Source: Mobula hypostoma
Lineage: Eukaryota
Length of the DNA: 64,000 bases
Direction of reading: 5' to 3'
NCBI RefSeq assembly: GCF_963921235.1
Contig: NC_086109.1
Location: 34,164,001 to 34,228,000, forward strand
This document shows positions 36,384-50,330 of the stretch, piece after piece. Positions within the stretch are counted from its first letter, which is position 1, and the number at the start of each line of letters is the position of its first letter. A program made the translations under genes and the position numbers. The notes under the pieces are model-generated. The model was given only the letters and a program-made list of their open reading frames with translations, made no database searches and was not told where the DNA came from.

Positions 36384-39300
36384 AGTGTGGGCTGCTGCTT
36401 TGTCTTGTCAAGATTCCCTGGGAGCAATCTGCTGGTGGAAGGCTAGAGTAGCCACTTGCCAACTTTAGGCTGTGTTGGGGAACCATCCCCTCATGGAGCC
36501 TTACTGTCGGTAGTCGGAGCTGTCTTTGCAGTATGGATTTGGCTGTTTCCCGGGCCAGCTGAGTGGCTGCCAGCCACTCCGAGCTAGGTAGGGATCCGGC
36601 TGTTTCCGTAACCAGTCGTGGTCGCTGGCCGTAACTGCTACTCGGAGCAACCCCGATGCAGTGATGGAACTGTCTATCGTTCTTTGGTGTTTGTCTCTTC
36701 TTGTCCTTGCCTCTGTGGGGTAAGTCAGGCTGTTCTGCTGTTGCCCTGTGGGGAGACCTGTCTTGTCTTTGCCTCTGTTGGGTAAGTCCGGCCATTCTGC
36801 CATTACCCGACGGATGGTCTTGGCCCACCTTGGTGTGGAGATGATGTTGAGTCCCGGCTTATAAGGATAGTCCTGGCTCTATGTCTATGTACTGTCCAGT
36901 CTTGTGTTAGTGTCCTGTTAAAGATGAGTCCTGGCTTTTCGAAGGATAAGTCCTGGCTCTATGTTGATGCGCAGTTCCCAGTCTGTCTCTGAGCTCCATC
37001 CTCCAAGTTATCAGCCTCTGCATTCCAAGACCCGGGACCCCAGCCCGCAGCCACGAGACCCGGGACCCGGGACCCCAGCCCGCAGCCCCGTCCTGTCCCA
37101 TAGTCATGCCATATCCTTGCCTGGTTCTGGGGCCCGAGCCCAAGGCAAGACCCAGGTTCTGGGCCCTTGTCCAGTCTCTGGCTCAGAGCCCAAGCCCAGG
37201 CTCCTAGTGCATAGTTCCTTGTCCGGGTTCCCTGTCCATGTCCTAGCCCAAGTTGCGTTCTTGTCCCTGCTCCTTATCTGTATCCTGTCACGTCCCTACT
37301 CAAGTCAAGTCCTGTTCCTCGTATTTCGGTGTCTGTGTCTTGCATTTGGGTCCATTCCCAATGCCTCCATTGTGACAGAAGAGGCCGTTTCAGAAGGTAG
37401 TTAAGAGTCAATTATTTAGCTGTAGATCTGGAATCATATGTAAGATAAACCAAGTCAGGGTGTTAGCCTTTCATTTTAAACAAAGAGTATGATTAAGATG
37501 AATCTGTATTGCAGACACCATTGGTGTCACTATTTCTTCATTGAAAATTTATATAATTAGTTAACCCAGCAATCAGTTATTGGATATGACCCACCCTCCC
37601 ATTACTACTCTGGGAATACAGTCACTGTGCTGTTTTACGTTGCGTGATATGAGACAGGAAATGGTAATTGCAGCTTCTATGACAGGGTGGTGAATCCCAC
37701 AGTCTTGAATTCCCTTTCATCATGCTGTAGAGATGTTGAAACATGTTGGAAAATTGTGTGCTGGATCTATCTTTTCAATAATACCTTCTGCTATGTTTAA
37801 CGGTGGTTCACTGTAATCTCTCCGCGGGAGTATGGTGGATGGCAGAGGTTCAAGAACAGTCACAACCACCTCTCAAGGTCATTTAAGGATGGTCAATAAA
37901 TATAGTCTTGCTAGTGATACTTGCATCCAGAACATGATTAAAAATAATTAACAATTTAGTCTTGGTGAAACTTGATCCATTGAAATAAATATTAAACAAA
38001 CTCTCTAAGGATTACACAAGCAAAACATAACATTATTGCCAGCTTTATCAATGTACTAATCAAATCAAATTACCTAGGGGGGTGAAAATAGCTTTGAGAT
38101 GTAGGAAAACAACTCCATCAATGTAATGATACTTATCAACCAGCAGCCAAATATCTGCATACTTGAAGATAACATTTATAAATGAAAACTATTGTCACGT
38201 CAAAATACTTTTGGAATTATCTGGTCAGTACATATTTAGTAGATAAAAATTCCCCAACCTGGAAACCCCATGTATATAAATCAACCAACTGCAGATTATT
38301 TCCATTTAAGAATCGTCTTACTTTATTGTCTGTCCACAAGTATGGCTGTTCCTTACGCATAGATAATGTACTCAAAAATCTGGTTTTTCAAGTTTGCTGC
38401 TTTGCTACATTAAGAACACATGGTTCAAAGGTACTTTGTTTCATATGTATCATCTTTTGAATAGAGCAGTCTTGGCATATTCCCAAATGCTCTTCACTCA
38501 ACACATAGAAATTTCCTCCACAGACTGAATAAAAGAGTATGATTGCATTCTGAATGACTTATTGAAGTAAGGCTGTTTAAAAAAAATTGCTCATTTGTAA
38601 ACCCTTAAGAGAATAATTGTTACATGTTTCAACCGATTTTATCAACATTTGAATAGCTTATGATTTACGATTTGTTTTCTCTAAAACTTCACAAAACCGA
38701 AGTTAATATTATAAATGCCAGCGTGTGATATGTGTAAGATTGTAACAGATAGAGCAATCGCTTTACAGTGCCAGTGATTATCAGTCCAGGTTTGAACCCA
38801 CCACTGTCTGTAAGGAGTTTGTACATTCTCTCTGTGACTACATGGGTTTCCTCCAGGTGCTCCTCTTTCCTTCCACATCACAAAGTTGTTGGTTAGTTAC
38901 GCTGGCCCCAAAGTATTGCGGCGCCTGTGAACAGCCCCCTGCCCAATCTTTGGGCAGTATTGATCGTTGACTTCAATTGAAGTCAAATAAAGCCAATCTT
39001 CATGTCTTTAAATTCCCTTTTAGTGGTCTTTTGGTAACAAGACACAAGACTTAAACTCATTTCTGGGGCTTCTGTGGGAATAAAGCAACCACAGAGACTC
39101 AGATACACCTACAGGAAACTTAACAATTCAGAAAGAAACATCTGGTGTTCAGCCTTTAGAGGCACAGTTCATTTTGTAAACCGGTCATTTGTATGAGCAT
39201 CACTTCCTGTACATAAACTGCCTTTTACATCATTTCCTGCATAGGTTAATTTGAATTTAGAATTGAAGTACACATGGTAGAAAGACTTCCATCTGCATCC

Positions 39301-39521
39301 ACTCTTTATTTGCCCTTTAAACAGCAGTATTTGTGAGCATTGAGCTTTTTTAATATTGATAAACATTTAGTAGATATACTTTGAAAGAAGTACTGTGTTT
39401 CTCATTTATCACTAAGCTATCGATGCTCCACAAATTCTCTCTGGTCTACATGGCATGGTTATGGTATGTTGCATGTGTTTATTACGTTGATTAACAATGA
39501 TTGTGAGAATAATCGATAGTA

Positions 39522-40058
39522 CAGGTGTCCCCCGCTTTACGAAAGTTTGCTTTACGCCACTTCGGTTTTACAAAAGACCTACATTAGTACCTGTTTTCGC
39601 TAACCGAAAGAAATCCGAAGAGGATTTTCGCTTTTATGAAAAAAGGCTCCCACCTTGAACTTGTGTTTACCCCGAGAAAGACTACCATGACCGTGAAGCC
39701 TTGCACAGACAGGTGTGTGCGCATGCGTGTATGTGCCGATTTTTTAAATTTTATTTTTACAAATCGGTTTTGGCTAAACCTTCCCAATTCTGATAAGTGA
39801 AACTACACTGTATATACATTATTTCTACTTTATATAGGCTGTGTATTTATCATATCATTCCTGCTTTTACTATATGTTAGTGTTATTTTAGGTTTTATGT
39901 GTTATTTGGTATGATTTGTTAGGTTATTTTTTGGGTCTGGGAACGCTCAAAAATTTTTCCCATATAAATTAATGGTAATTGCTTCTTCACTTAACGCCAT
40001 TTCGGCTTACGAAAGGTTTCATAGTAATGTTCTACTTTCAGATAGCGGGGGAATCCTG
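39522..40058. mobile_element. Tigger/pogo-type MITE
   Basis: TIRs caggtgtcccccgct / agcgggggaatcctg flanked by TA on both sides. Confidence 0.8.
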
Positions 40059-40067
40059 TATTAGTAT

Positions 40068-40460
40068 CTCACACAAAATGATTGGGAAACTCAGCAGGTC
40101 AGGCAGCGTCTATGGAAAAGAGTCAACAGTTGACGTTTTGGGCTGAGACCTTTCTTCAGGACTGGGAAGGAAGGGAGAAGATGCCAGAATGAAAAGGTGG
40201 GGGAGAGGGGAAGAGGCTAGCTGGAAGATGATATGTGAAGCCAGGTGGGGGGGAAAGGTTAAGCTAGCCTCTTCCTCCTCTCCCCACCCTTTTGTTCTCA
40301 CATCATCCCCCTTCCACCTCAGTCCTGAAGAAGGGTCTCGGCCCAAAACTTCGACAGTTTATTCTTTTCCACAGATGCTGCCTGACCTGCTGAGTTCCTC
40401 CCAGCACTTTGTGTGTGTTGCTTTGGAATTCCAGCATCTGCAGACTTTCTCATGTTTGTG
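40068..40460. repeat. Fold-back element made of two inverted Penelope-like ends
   Basis: Arms of about 170 bp, each with a degenerate hammerhead core (40128-40165 minus; 40320-40358 plus). Confidence 0.8.
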
Positions 40461-41389
40461 ATAGTGTTAGTATATGCAGGCATCTGATGATTCTATGTTG
40501 AATCTAATACATGGTTTCACTTAACTTTCTGCAGTTTCACGTTTTTCTCTTTCAAACTCCTGGAGAAAACTTCCGACTTGGGTGATTTTTCAGAAAGTTT
40601 TTAACTCCCTGTCTAGCTTTGTACACACACATTGCAAAGGCAGTAGAACGAGAAAATAATTAAATATACAAAGTCAAGTTTTTGGTTATTTTAAACACAT
40701 TTAGTGTAAAAATATATAAACTGGAAGTGACTCATTTATTTCTACCTCATCCTAATATTTATTTAAATGTATTTCCCCTCTGGCACTGAAGAATTATTGT
40801 ATGTCTTTCTCCCCATGTCCTTAATCTATGAATTATATCGTGTACAATAACTTAAATAACTACTGGAAAATTGAAAGAAGTAATTACTTGTTTGAAGATC
40901 TTTAAGCTCAGGAATATTCAGCGGCATTATATTAAATTTTCAAAGATGCTGTAAGTAGTTTTAAAGTGTGTTTATTCAAAACAGATGAATTCTTTCTGTC
41001 GTGTAACCAAATAGTAGCAAATGATTTACAAATTAATTTATTGAAGTGTTCCTAATTTACAGTGCACTTAAATTATTTCCCGATGTGATGTTAAGAAAAG
41101 GCTTATGGTTTCATAAAACATAAAAACTGCAGTTAACAAGGCTGAAATTCTTGTAAATCAAATAAGACAGCAGAGTAATTCAACATCTTAATTGAAACAA
41201 TGTACAAATTTAATGAAGTGCTGATGATTTCATGAAAGGCCATTTGACCCCCATGCTGCTTTCAAACAGAGTAAACCAATTATTCCAATTCCCCTTCATT
41301 TTATGTCCCTCTGGAAGTTATTTTCTTTCTTAGGCTCACAACTCCCTCTTTTCTGATCGTTTTACCACTTAATCTTATTTGGGTGTTAT

Positions 41390-41542
41390 TTCTTCCTCCC
41401 CTGCCCCCACCATCTTATTCTGATTTCTCCCCTGCCTTTCCAGTCCTGAAGAAGGATCTCGGCCTGAAACGTCCACTGTTCACTCTTTTCCATAGATGCT
41501 GCCTGGCCTGCTGAGTTCCTCCAGCATTTAGCGTGTGTTGCA
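41390..41542 (+). mobile_element. Penelope-like terminal fragment with hammerhead core
   Basis: cagtcCTGAAGAaggatctcggcctGAAACGTCcactg at about 41441-41478. Confidence 0.7.
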
Positions 41543-41992
41543 GTAACCAATGTAGCTACCAGTAATCTATATGTAAACCCCTCATTTCTTTCGTTTTAGG
41601 ATCTGCAGCACAACTGATTTAGTTCTCGAACTCCAGTGGATGAAATGGCCATAGCTTGTGGACAAGATACACTTGCAGATGTTTATGCAGACAAAGGCCC
41701 ATTCTAATCCACGCGAATGCTAGGTGTAATTGGATCCAGTGCTGGAGGACTTCACATGAATTGGTGCAAAGGTTTGCATGCAACCTCGGTTAACATGCTT
41801 TTTGATGTGCAAAGCATTTCTAGCCTATCATTCTCCTGAAGATTAAACTATCTGTAATTGCAAATGCACACACGTTTACTCCTGTTTACTGTGAAGCAGC
41901 TGTTAAAATGGCACTGCAGGCTAGATCTGCTTTAATTTCGTTCATTCCAGGGAAAGGTGTGACTCATGGAACAAAATGAAAAGCAGGAACTT

Positions 41993-44460
41993 ACACTCAG
42001 TGGCCATTTTATTAGGTACACCTGAGCATTAATACAAATATCTAATCAGCCAATCATGAGGTAGTAACTCAATGCAAAAAAGCATTCAGACCAAATCCAC
42101 TGCTCCTGGAGAAAGCTGCCTGCATTTGACTGCATTGCGCTCTTCCCCTTCCCCTCTTCCTTGAAACTGTCAGAGGATGGTGCCGCTGTCTTGGGAAAGA
42201 TTTAATCAATGGTTTGTGGATTGGACAACTCTGTAGTTCATGTTATGGTATTTCTGGTTTCTGGTTACTTCTATTTTGTACGATTTTGATTGGAGCAGAC
42301 TGGCTCTGTGGCCTCCAGTTAACGAATGACACAGTGCTAAATTGAACTGAACTGAACTAAGCTAAATATTCAATGTTTCAATGACTCTTCAGTTTGATAA
42401 TGCTGGAGGAACTCACACGGTCAGGCAGCATCTATGGAAATGAATAAACAGTCGACGTTTCGGGCTAAGACACTTCTTCAGGACTGAAAAGGAAGGGAGA
42501 AGATGCTGGAATAAAAATGGGTGGGGGGGAAAGGATAGAGAATAGCTAGAAGGTGACAGGTGAAGCCAGGTGGGTTGGAAAGGTAAAGGGCAGGTGAAGA
42601 AGGAATCTTATAGGAGAGGAGAGTGGACTATAGGAGACTAGGAAGGAGTAGGGGGTCCATCACGAGGTGATGGACTGCTGAGAAGAGGCCAGAGTGGAGA
42701 ACCGAAGTCATATAAGGTGTTGCTCTTCCACCTTGAGAAGTTTCTCATCTTGTTACAGAGGAGGCTATGGATTGACATGTTGGAACAGGAATGGGAATGG
42801 CAATTTAAAATGTTCTGCTTTTGGCAGATGGAGTGGAGGTGCTCAATGAAGTGATCTCCTAATTTACCAGTCTCATCAAGGCTGTGTATGGAGCATCAGA
42901 CACAATAGACAATGCCTGCAGGTGAGGTGTTGCCTCACTTGGAAGGACTGTTTGGGGCCCTGGATGGAGGTGAATGAGCAGGTGTGGTACTTTGGCTGGT
43001 TGCAGGGTAAAGTGCCCAGAGGGAGATTAGTCAGGAGAGACAAATAGATGAGATCACAGAGGGAGCGATCCCTGTGGAAAGTGGAGAGAGGGGGGGAGGT
43101 AAAGATATGCTTCATGGTAGGGTCCCTTTGGAGATGGCGGAAGTTGCAGAGGATGCTGTGTTGGATGTGGAGGCTCATGGGGCAGTACGTAAGGACGAGA
43201 AATTCTATCACTGTTAAGTCAGCAGGAGGTTGGGAAGAATGTGGATGCTCGGGAGATAGAGGAGAAGCTGGTGAGGGCAGCATCAATAATGGAGGAAGGG
43301 AAACCCTATTCTTGAAGGAGGACAGAGAAAGGGAGGCTGCATCTTTGGGAACAGATGTGACGAGGTGAAGGAACTGAGAAAAAGGAATGACATTTTTACA
43401 TGAGATAGGGTGGGAAGAGGTATAGTTTAAATAACTGTGGGAATTGGTAGGTTTATAAAAGATGCTGGTTGACAGTTTGTCTCCTGAGATGGAGTCAGAG
43501 AGATCAAGAAAAGGGAGGGAAGTGTCAGAAATGGACCAAGTGAATTTAAGGGAAGGGTGGAAGTTAGGGGCAAGATTGATTAAATTGACGAGCTCAGCAT
43601 AGCTGCATGAAGCAGCACCAATGCAGACGTCAATGTAATGGAGGAAGAGTTGGGTAGCATTACCAGGGAAGGCTTGGAACATGGACTGGTTCTACATAGT
43701 TGATAAAAAGTCAGGCATAGCTGGGCCCTTGCGGGTGCTTTTTCAGATTCTCTATTTTTCACTCGTTTTTTTGCTGTTTGCATGATTTGTTCTTTTTTTG
43801 CACACTGGGTGTTTGATGTTTTCTTTGAACAAGTTCCATGGTGTTTCTTGGTGTTGTGGCTGTCTGCGGGAAGGTGAATCCCAGTGTTATATGCTGCATA
43901 CATACTTTGATAATAAATGTACTTTGAATCGTCGAAACATCAGAATGCGGAAGAAATGTGATATAAGTGAATTTGCCAGTGGAATGATTGTTGGTACCAG
44001 AGAGGGTGGTTTGAGTATCTGAGAAACTGCTGATCTACTGGGATTTTCCTGCCCAACAGTCTCTAGATTTTAAACCTCTGCTGCCTTGGGGCTATACCCA
44101 CCCATAGGAAAGACTTCAGCAGTGTACCCTGAGGAAGAATTCCGGAGTTGGGGTACCTCCAATCCTTTTTTAAGCCGTGGACTAAAACCATTAAGAAAGG
44201 GGTCCATGGACCCCAGGTTGGGAACTCCTGCTCTAGAGCTTACAGAGAATAGTGTGAAAAACAAAAAAAAATCCAGTGAGTGACATTCCTGTGGGTGAAA
44301 ACACAGCAATGAGAAAGGTCAGAGGAGAATAACCAGATTGGTTCAAACTGACAGGAAGGCAACAGTAACTCTCATTAACAGTGGTATGCAGATGAGCATC
44401 CCTTGAACACACAACTTGTCGAATGTTGAAGTGCATGGGCTACAGCAGCAGAAGACCACA
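41993..44460 (+). mobile_element. Tc1-like transposon remnant, multiply interrupted
   Basis: Terminus tacactcagtggccattttattaggtacacc at 41993; transposase N-terminus MRKKCDISEFASGMIVG.R.GGLSI.ETADLLGF at about 43944-44460. Confidence 0.7.
42398..43735 (-). mobile_element. Penelope-like element fragment (RT C-terminus, linker, GIY-YIG remnant, terminal repeat)
   Basis: ORF 42876-43682 with FLHYIDV, FHPSLKFT, LPFLDL, FYKPTNSHSYLNYTSSHP; hammerhead core at 42449-42486. Confidence 0.9.
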
Positions 44461-45167
44461 TTAACTCCGTGTACTTACACTTTCTCATGGACTTGAGGTG
44501 GAGTTCCTTTCAGCTGAATTGAAAACAATCCCCAATGACATGATCAGAGTTCAAGGTTCATGATTGTTTAATGTCACTTCCACTACATAAGTGTAAAGGA
44601 GAACAAAATAAGCACAATAAGATAAAGAACACAATACGTATAAATACATGAGATAGCTTGTATACGTAGATTGATTGTATGGGACACTAGGTGCAGTTGT
44701 GTCTGTATGTAAGGTGACTGACAGGAAAAGAACAAAGTAGTGGTGGGGGGTGTGGAATCTGCTGAGATTGCAGGGCTTGGCAATGAAAATACTGAACAGA
44801 TTAAAAAATAATTAGGCTAATTGGAAGGCAATGCTTGTTGAGTTTTATCAAGATGCATGTGTGTGTCTCAATAGTCGGTCTAAGATCTGGAAGGCACCAG
44901 GTGTTGTTGCACTCTATAGCTAGATAAAGACTTCTCAGATGTCCAGGACTCAGAGGTAATTTCCTTCCTTTGTCACCACTCCAAGCATTACCCTGAACTG
45001 AGTCCCACCCATTCTAGAAAAGCAAATCACCCCAGACAAGCTGATCTTTCATAATTTGGTCTATGCATCATCCAGATGATGCAATTCATTGAAGATGGCT
45101 CAGAGAAGGATCATTGGTTGCTTTCTGATCAACATATGGCATGTTTAATTGACAGGTTCCTAATGTT

Positions 45168-45756
45168 GCCCAAGCCGGGAGTGGTAGTGGGATAAGCTCC
45201 CACTAACTATGAAGTACTCCAAATAGCGTGCATCTCTAACAGCTTCTGACAACTGTCCAACTCTTGGCCTTTCACGTATGGCTTAGCTACTAGGCCTGGT
45301 GGAACTGTTTCTATTGACAAGAGAAGGGGCAAAGGTGGACCACTGGCGCCTCAAAACGAGTTGCTTCGGACAGGTGGGGCTCGGCATCCTTGGTGGCAGC
45401 CCGCCTTGGAGAAGGAAAACTCTGATTTTAAACCTCTGCTGCCTTGTGGCCATAGCCACCCATAGGAAAGGCTTCAGGAGCAAACCCCGAGGAAGAATTC
45501 GGGAGCCGGGGCCCCTAAGGCATTTTGATGTTCTTTACAACTTCATTCCGGCAACCTCTGCAACAGCACTGGTGCGAAACTGTATCAGCACTTGTCCTTC
45601 CCTTGGACTATATCAGTGACGTGGAGACAGGGAACCCCTGCTGCAGGGGTAACAGCCGGTTCTTCAAATCCTCCCGGCCAGGCTTCCACCCTGGAGAGGA
45701 CACAGTCCACCAGAGGCACAAACCCATGACCCCCTGGGATTGACGGCAGCCTACTA
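45168..45756 (+). mobile_element. Non-autonomous RTE-related element (LINE 5'UTR plus 3' end); partial copy at about 44068-44152
   Basis: RTE-type ggagaaggaaaactctgatttaaacc motif; the 3' part is homologous to the body of the tRNA-SINE at 11512-11690. Confidence 0.55.
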
Positions 45757-46964
45757 ATTGACAGAAGTTGCTTTGGAAAGCATATGACGTTATAAGACAC
45801 AATCCCATGGTGCATGGTAGACAGGCAATTGTAGAAAAATAGCATTCTTAAATCAAAGTCAGAGCTAGGTGCATTCACTAGTATTTATAAGGAAATCTAT
45901 TAATATCGCTGCTTCTCAAATGTTTACAGGCCTGACCAATGTATCTAAAATCAAGTAACTTTATTTATACTGGTCTGGTATTAGCTGCAGCAGTTTGGAA
46001 ATCTACTCAGATCCAGTACAAGAAAGCAGCTGCACTGATCACATAACTGATAACTATGTTGGTGATCAAATCCCAAAAGTTCACAGTCCGTCTTCCCAAA
46101 GTGAAAGATAGCAACTTTCTAAAAGCCAGAGAGGGCTGTCTGAAAGAAAAGGCACTAATGTGCAGAGTTTTAGAGATAAATGCTATACTTTTTGATGTCT
46201 ATAATATCTGATGTCAACCTTGTTCCAAGGGATCTGAAAGACACCAGCTCTGTTCAAAAGCATTCTCGTTTTAGATGAAGAGCATCCTTCATTGTGCAAA
46301 GAGGTAGCTGCAGACATTGCTGCAAAACTAAGTTATATCTCACCGAGAGATTGCTGATGTCATGCATGTCTTGTCATTACCCTTAAGCAAAACATTGACA
46401 GCTGTTGGATAGAATATATACCCCTTAAAAATGAGAGCACAGTGCATGACTGTGGAAATATTAAACTCGTCCTGTAGCTGCAATGATTGCAGATGGCTTG
46501 CAGTGCCAAGGCTTACATTATGTCAAGGATCTGAATGCCTGTTTATTGCACTTTTCCACCACTTGTCAAGAGATTCCTATGTGAAAGAAAGAAATATGAG
46601 GCTGTTCGCTCGATGTGACTAAATATCTGCCCTGCTTACCCATTTATTTTTGGAACTCCTCTTTCACCTGGGAGATTGAAAACAGCAGGAATAGTTGTCA
46701 GTGAAAAGCAATTGCTTCTGCAGAAAAGCAAGACAACACAAGCATCAGATCCATTTGTTGCAAGCCAGGGGACATGTCACACTTCTGCCATTGATAATTC
46801 ATTGTTGCTGCGACAATGTCAATTTTTGCAATGACTTAAAATGAAACTCATGAGTGATTTCTCTTTGCTGAATGATTATGGACACTTTAGACCCCTAATA
46901 CATCATCATAGTCACTGGATGCCAATTTGATGAATGTGTTTTGTTTTATGAGCAGTATATAGTA

Positions 46965-47290
46965 TTACTCGAGTCGAGTATGATGTTCTGCAAGGGAGTT
47001 GTCTATTGGTGGTTCCTCAGATAGGTGTAGAGGCCAATGCAAGAACCACATAACTAGAACCACATTAAGGGGTGATTCCCTTAATGGAGAACACCGGTAT
47101 GTGATTTTGTTTAACGTGGGAAGGCTGATGCACGGGCAACCTACACATAGTCCTCGAGATCAGGGTCCAGTAGCATGCAGTTCAAGACAGCTGGGGTCCC
47201 TTCACTACTGCAGCCTTCCTCCACCTTTGCTGCCATTGTGATGCATCATCATCTTCTGCTGGCTCCACCACTGAGGTCTTGGTTGGATAG
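46965..47290 (-). mobile_element. Probable RTE-derived non-autonomous element (degraded)
   Basis: Resembles RTE-type SINE ends from recall only; no clear TSD. Confidence 0.3.
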
Positions 47291-49699
47291 GAGCAATATA
47301 CTCTGCTGCTGTAGCCACGGAAACTGTTCTGCTTCATCAGTGGAGATAAAAGAGACTGCAGATGCTAGAATCTGGAACAACAAACAGTCTGCAGGAGGAA
47401 CACAGTGAGTGGAACAGCATCCTCTCATGATCACATGGAACTCATTGTGAGATGGCTTTAACAGATCGATTGCACCTTATTTGATGAACTTCACTGCACA
47501 TTCAATGTAACTATGACACTATAGTCTTCAGTCTGTTATTGTTCTACATAAGTGTACTTGAGTGTGGAATGACTTGTCTAGGTAGCAAGCAAACAAAGAT
47601 TTCCACAGCATCTGGTTACATGTGACAATAATAATCCAAATACCAATGACCAATATGTTAGGGGAGAGGATTTGTTGCTGCTTCGGGTCCCAAAGCAGGG
47701 TTTTCCTTTCCCAAGCAGTGACAATTCCTTTCCCTTCCAACAGATCCATCTGAGTTCCTGCAGCAGACTGCATCTCCAGCCACCATCAGTGATCGGCTGC
47801 AGTCAAACAGGTTTAACCAACTGCTTGTCTCCAGGAAGCTAAAATTCTACAACAAATTCCTTTTTAATTAGAATCAGTGATATTCATTAGAATAACCTTT
47901 GTTACTCCAATTTCTCTAACTAATTAGATCTAGTCTAGATCTAATTAATACCTATTAGATCTAGACCTATTTAAAAGTTTACAGACTAAACTTCCCTTTT
48001 TACTTATCCCTAGTTAGCTAGAAAACCAAATATAATTCCTATTCTCAAGTATTATAGTTAACTTCAGTTTCAGTTCCAGGCAGTATATCTACAAGTTTAA
48101 ATTCAAATTCAGAAATTATATATACACAGTTTAACACCTTTCATGACAATTCTCCAACATCACAATTCTTAAACAAAGTAAATCTCATCAGTAACTTATC
48201 AAAGTCTTTGCAAAAATAATCAATTCTGGCAGAAAATAAAATTCTGATTCTTAGAATGAAAATAAACTTGCACATCCAACCGTATTAAATCCTCTGTTGT
48301 CATTACACATTTCATTCCGGTGCTGGTTCGTCATTTTGGGTGGCTCGCCATCTTGGTTCGTTGGAATGAAATAGTTGATCATTCACGGAAAGTCAATTCA
48401 CGAACTTGTGCAAAACTTGACCAAATGCCTTGGTATTATTTTGTAGAACTATTTCCCAACTACACGGTAGGGATTTTGGACCCTGATCTCTACTGATATT
48501 GTCTCGTTAAAGCTGCTGCATGTTATAGCTGTAGCTTCAATAAATCTTTTATTGCCATTGTCTCTCCTCCAGGGGTTTCACCCTGTGGGTTTCAAGTTAG
48601 TAGGGTAAAGGTACTCACTAATTCCACTCTTAACAGTTTATGTCTTCCACTTCAACTTCTTCAACTTCTAATCATTGCTGTGTTTCTCTCCTTGTCCGTC
48701 CTGTGTCCAGCCTGCCCCTCCCTCGCATATCGTTTTTTTTCCAAATTCTCCATTTTTAAAAAAATCGGTAAACCTCCGCAGGTAGAACTTACTAACATTA
48801 CAACTTTGGATTTAATTAACTTGGGTTACACACTACCACCTGAACATTGAGAAGGTGGTGATCCTACCTTGATGCAAAGCAGAGTTATTAATTGGAACAC
48901 TTATGGGCACACAAATCTAGTTCATGGTGCCCTGCCTTAATAACAGCTGACCACCCTGACAGATTTGAGTGCCTGGGATGTTGTTTGCCCTGAAGTGGAA
49001 TCAATGTTGACAGAAATGGGAGACGTGACAAAGATCTGTTGCAGCCAATTGAGAAGGTCTCGTGACGACAAAGAAACAAAATGACTTTGACTTACAAGGA
49101 AAGTGGAAATGGTATGAGAATGTTACTGAAGTTCTTCCCTCTGCAATCCATATATCTCAGTGAAGATGAGGTCAGAAAACCTCTTCACTGGAGAGGTCCA
49201 GAAATGATGTTGTGCTTCTGAAGACTCTTGGGTACAGGCTTTCTGCTGATCAGACAAACCATCTGAAATTAAAGAAGACAATTGTTTGAAATACTCAGCA
49301 GGCCAAGGCAGTGTCTGTGGAAAGAGAAACAGATTTCAGAGATCACCTAGGCTGTTCATGTACCATGTGGTCAGCCAAGGAAAACTAATAACACCGGCAG
49401 TGGGGTGATGCCAGTGGTGTTGCTAATGAGGCCACCATGAAATTAATATCTCAGCAGCCATTTTGGTGCAAAATGGCCCTCACTGTTGGCTGTAGTGCAT
49501 AAATATAGCATATTTAACTACCTGCTTCAATGTTTTGATGTACATGTGACAAATAAATCTAATCTTTAAAACATTTATATTGATATATTGAATCAAATCC
49601 TTTCATATGTGGCATGTCTTTTTACTTGGGCTTTGAAATGCAGCAAAAACACCTGTTGGTGTTCAAGACACTTGTCCTTCTGCTGCAACATAGGAGTTC

Positions 49700-50330
49700 C
49701 TCACAGGAACCAATGTGAGCCCAACCAGGAATGCAGACCTTCAGAAAGCAGGATCTCCCAGTGGCCACACGTTTTAATTCCACGTCCCATTCCTATTTTG
49801 ATATGTCTATCCACTGCCTCCTCTACTGTAGAGATGAAGCCACACTCAGGTTGGAGGAACAGCACCTTATATTCCGTCTGGGTAGCCTCCAACCTGATGG
49901 CATGAACACTGACTTCTCAAACTTCCGCTAATGGCCCACCTCCCCCTCGTACCCCATCCATTATTTATTTATTTATATACACACATTCTTTTTCTCCCTC
50001 TCCTTTTTCTCCCTCTGTCTCTCTCACTATACCCCTTGCCCATCCTTTGGGCTTCCCCCCCTCCCTCTTTTCTTTCTCCCTAGGCCTCCTGTCCCATGAT
50101 CCTCTCATGTCCCTTTTGCCAATCAACTGTCCAGCTCTTGGCTCCATCCCTCCCCCTCCTGTCTTCTCCTATCATTTTGGATCTCCCCCTCCCCCTCCCA
50201 CTTTCAAATCTCTTACTAGCTCTTCTTTCAGTTAGTCATGACGAAGGGCCTTGGCCCGAAATGTCGACTGTACCTCTTCCTAGAGATGCTGCCTGGCCTG
50301 CCACGTTCACCAGCAATTTTCATGTGCGTA
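49700..50330 (+). mobile_element. Penelope-like 3' fragment
   Basis: DLPVATRFNSTSHS..RLEEQHLIFRLGSLQPDGMN (GIY-YIG end), pyrimidine-rich UTR, mutated hammerhead at about 50234-50270. Confidence 0.85.

Larger units (their letters stand above)
33303..37377. mobile_element. Solo LTR-like element (about 1.15 kb net) hosting the Nimb insertion
   Basis: Termini TGTCA...TGACA; perfect 5-bp TSD GAAGA (33298-33302 / 37378-37382); internal short tandem duplications; no coding motifs. Confidence 0.75.

Noticed and set aside
36337..37404. ORFs in the solo LTR
   Set aside because: Low-complexity translations of internal repeats with no domain motifs.
40860..41710. Possible exons (gtaagt donor near 40951; ttttag acceptor near 41599)
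   Set aside because: All three frames after the acceptor hit early stops and nothing is recognisable; a lncRNA cannot be excluded.
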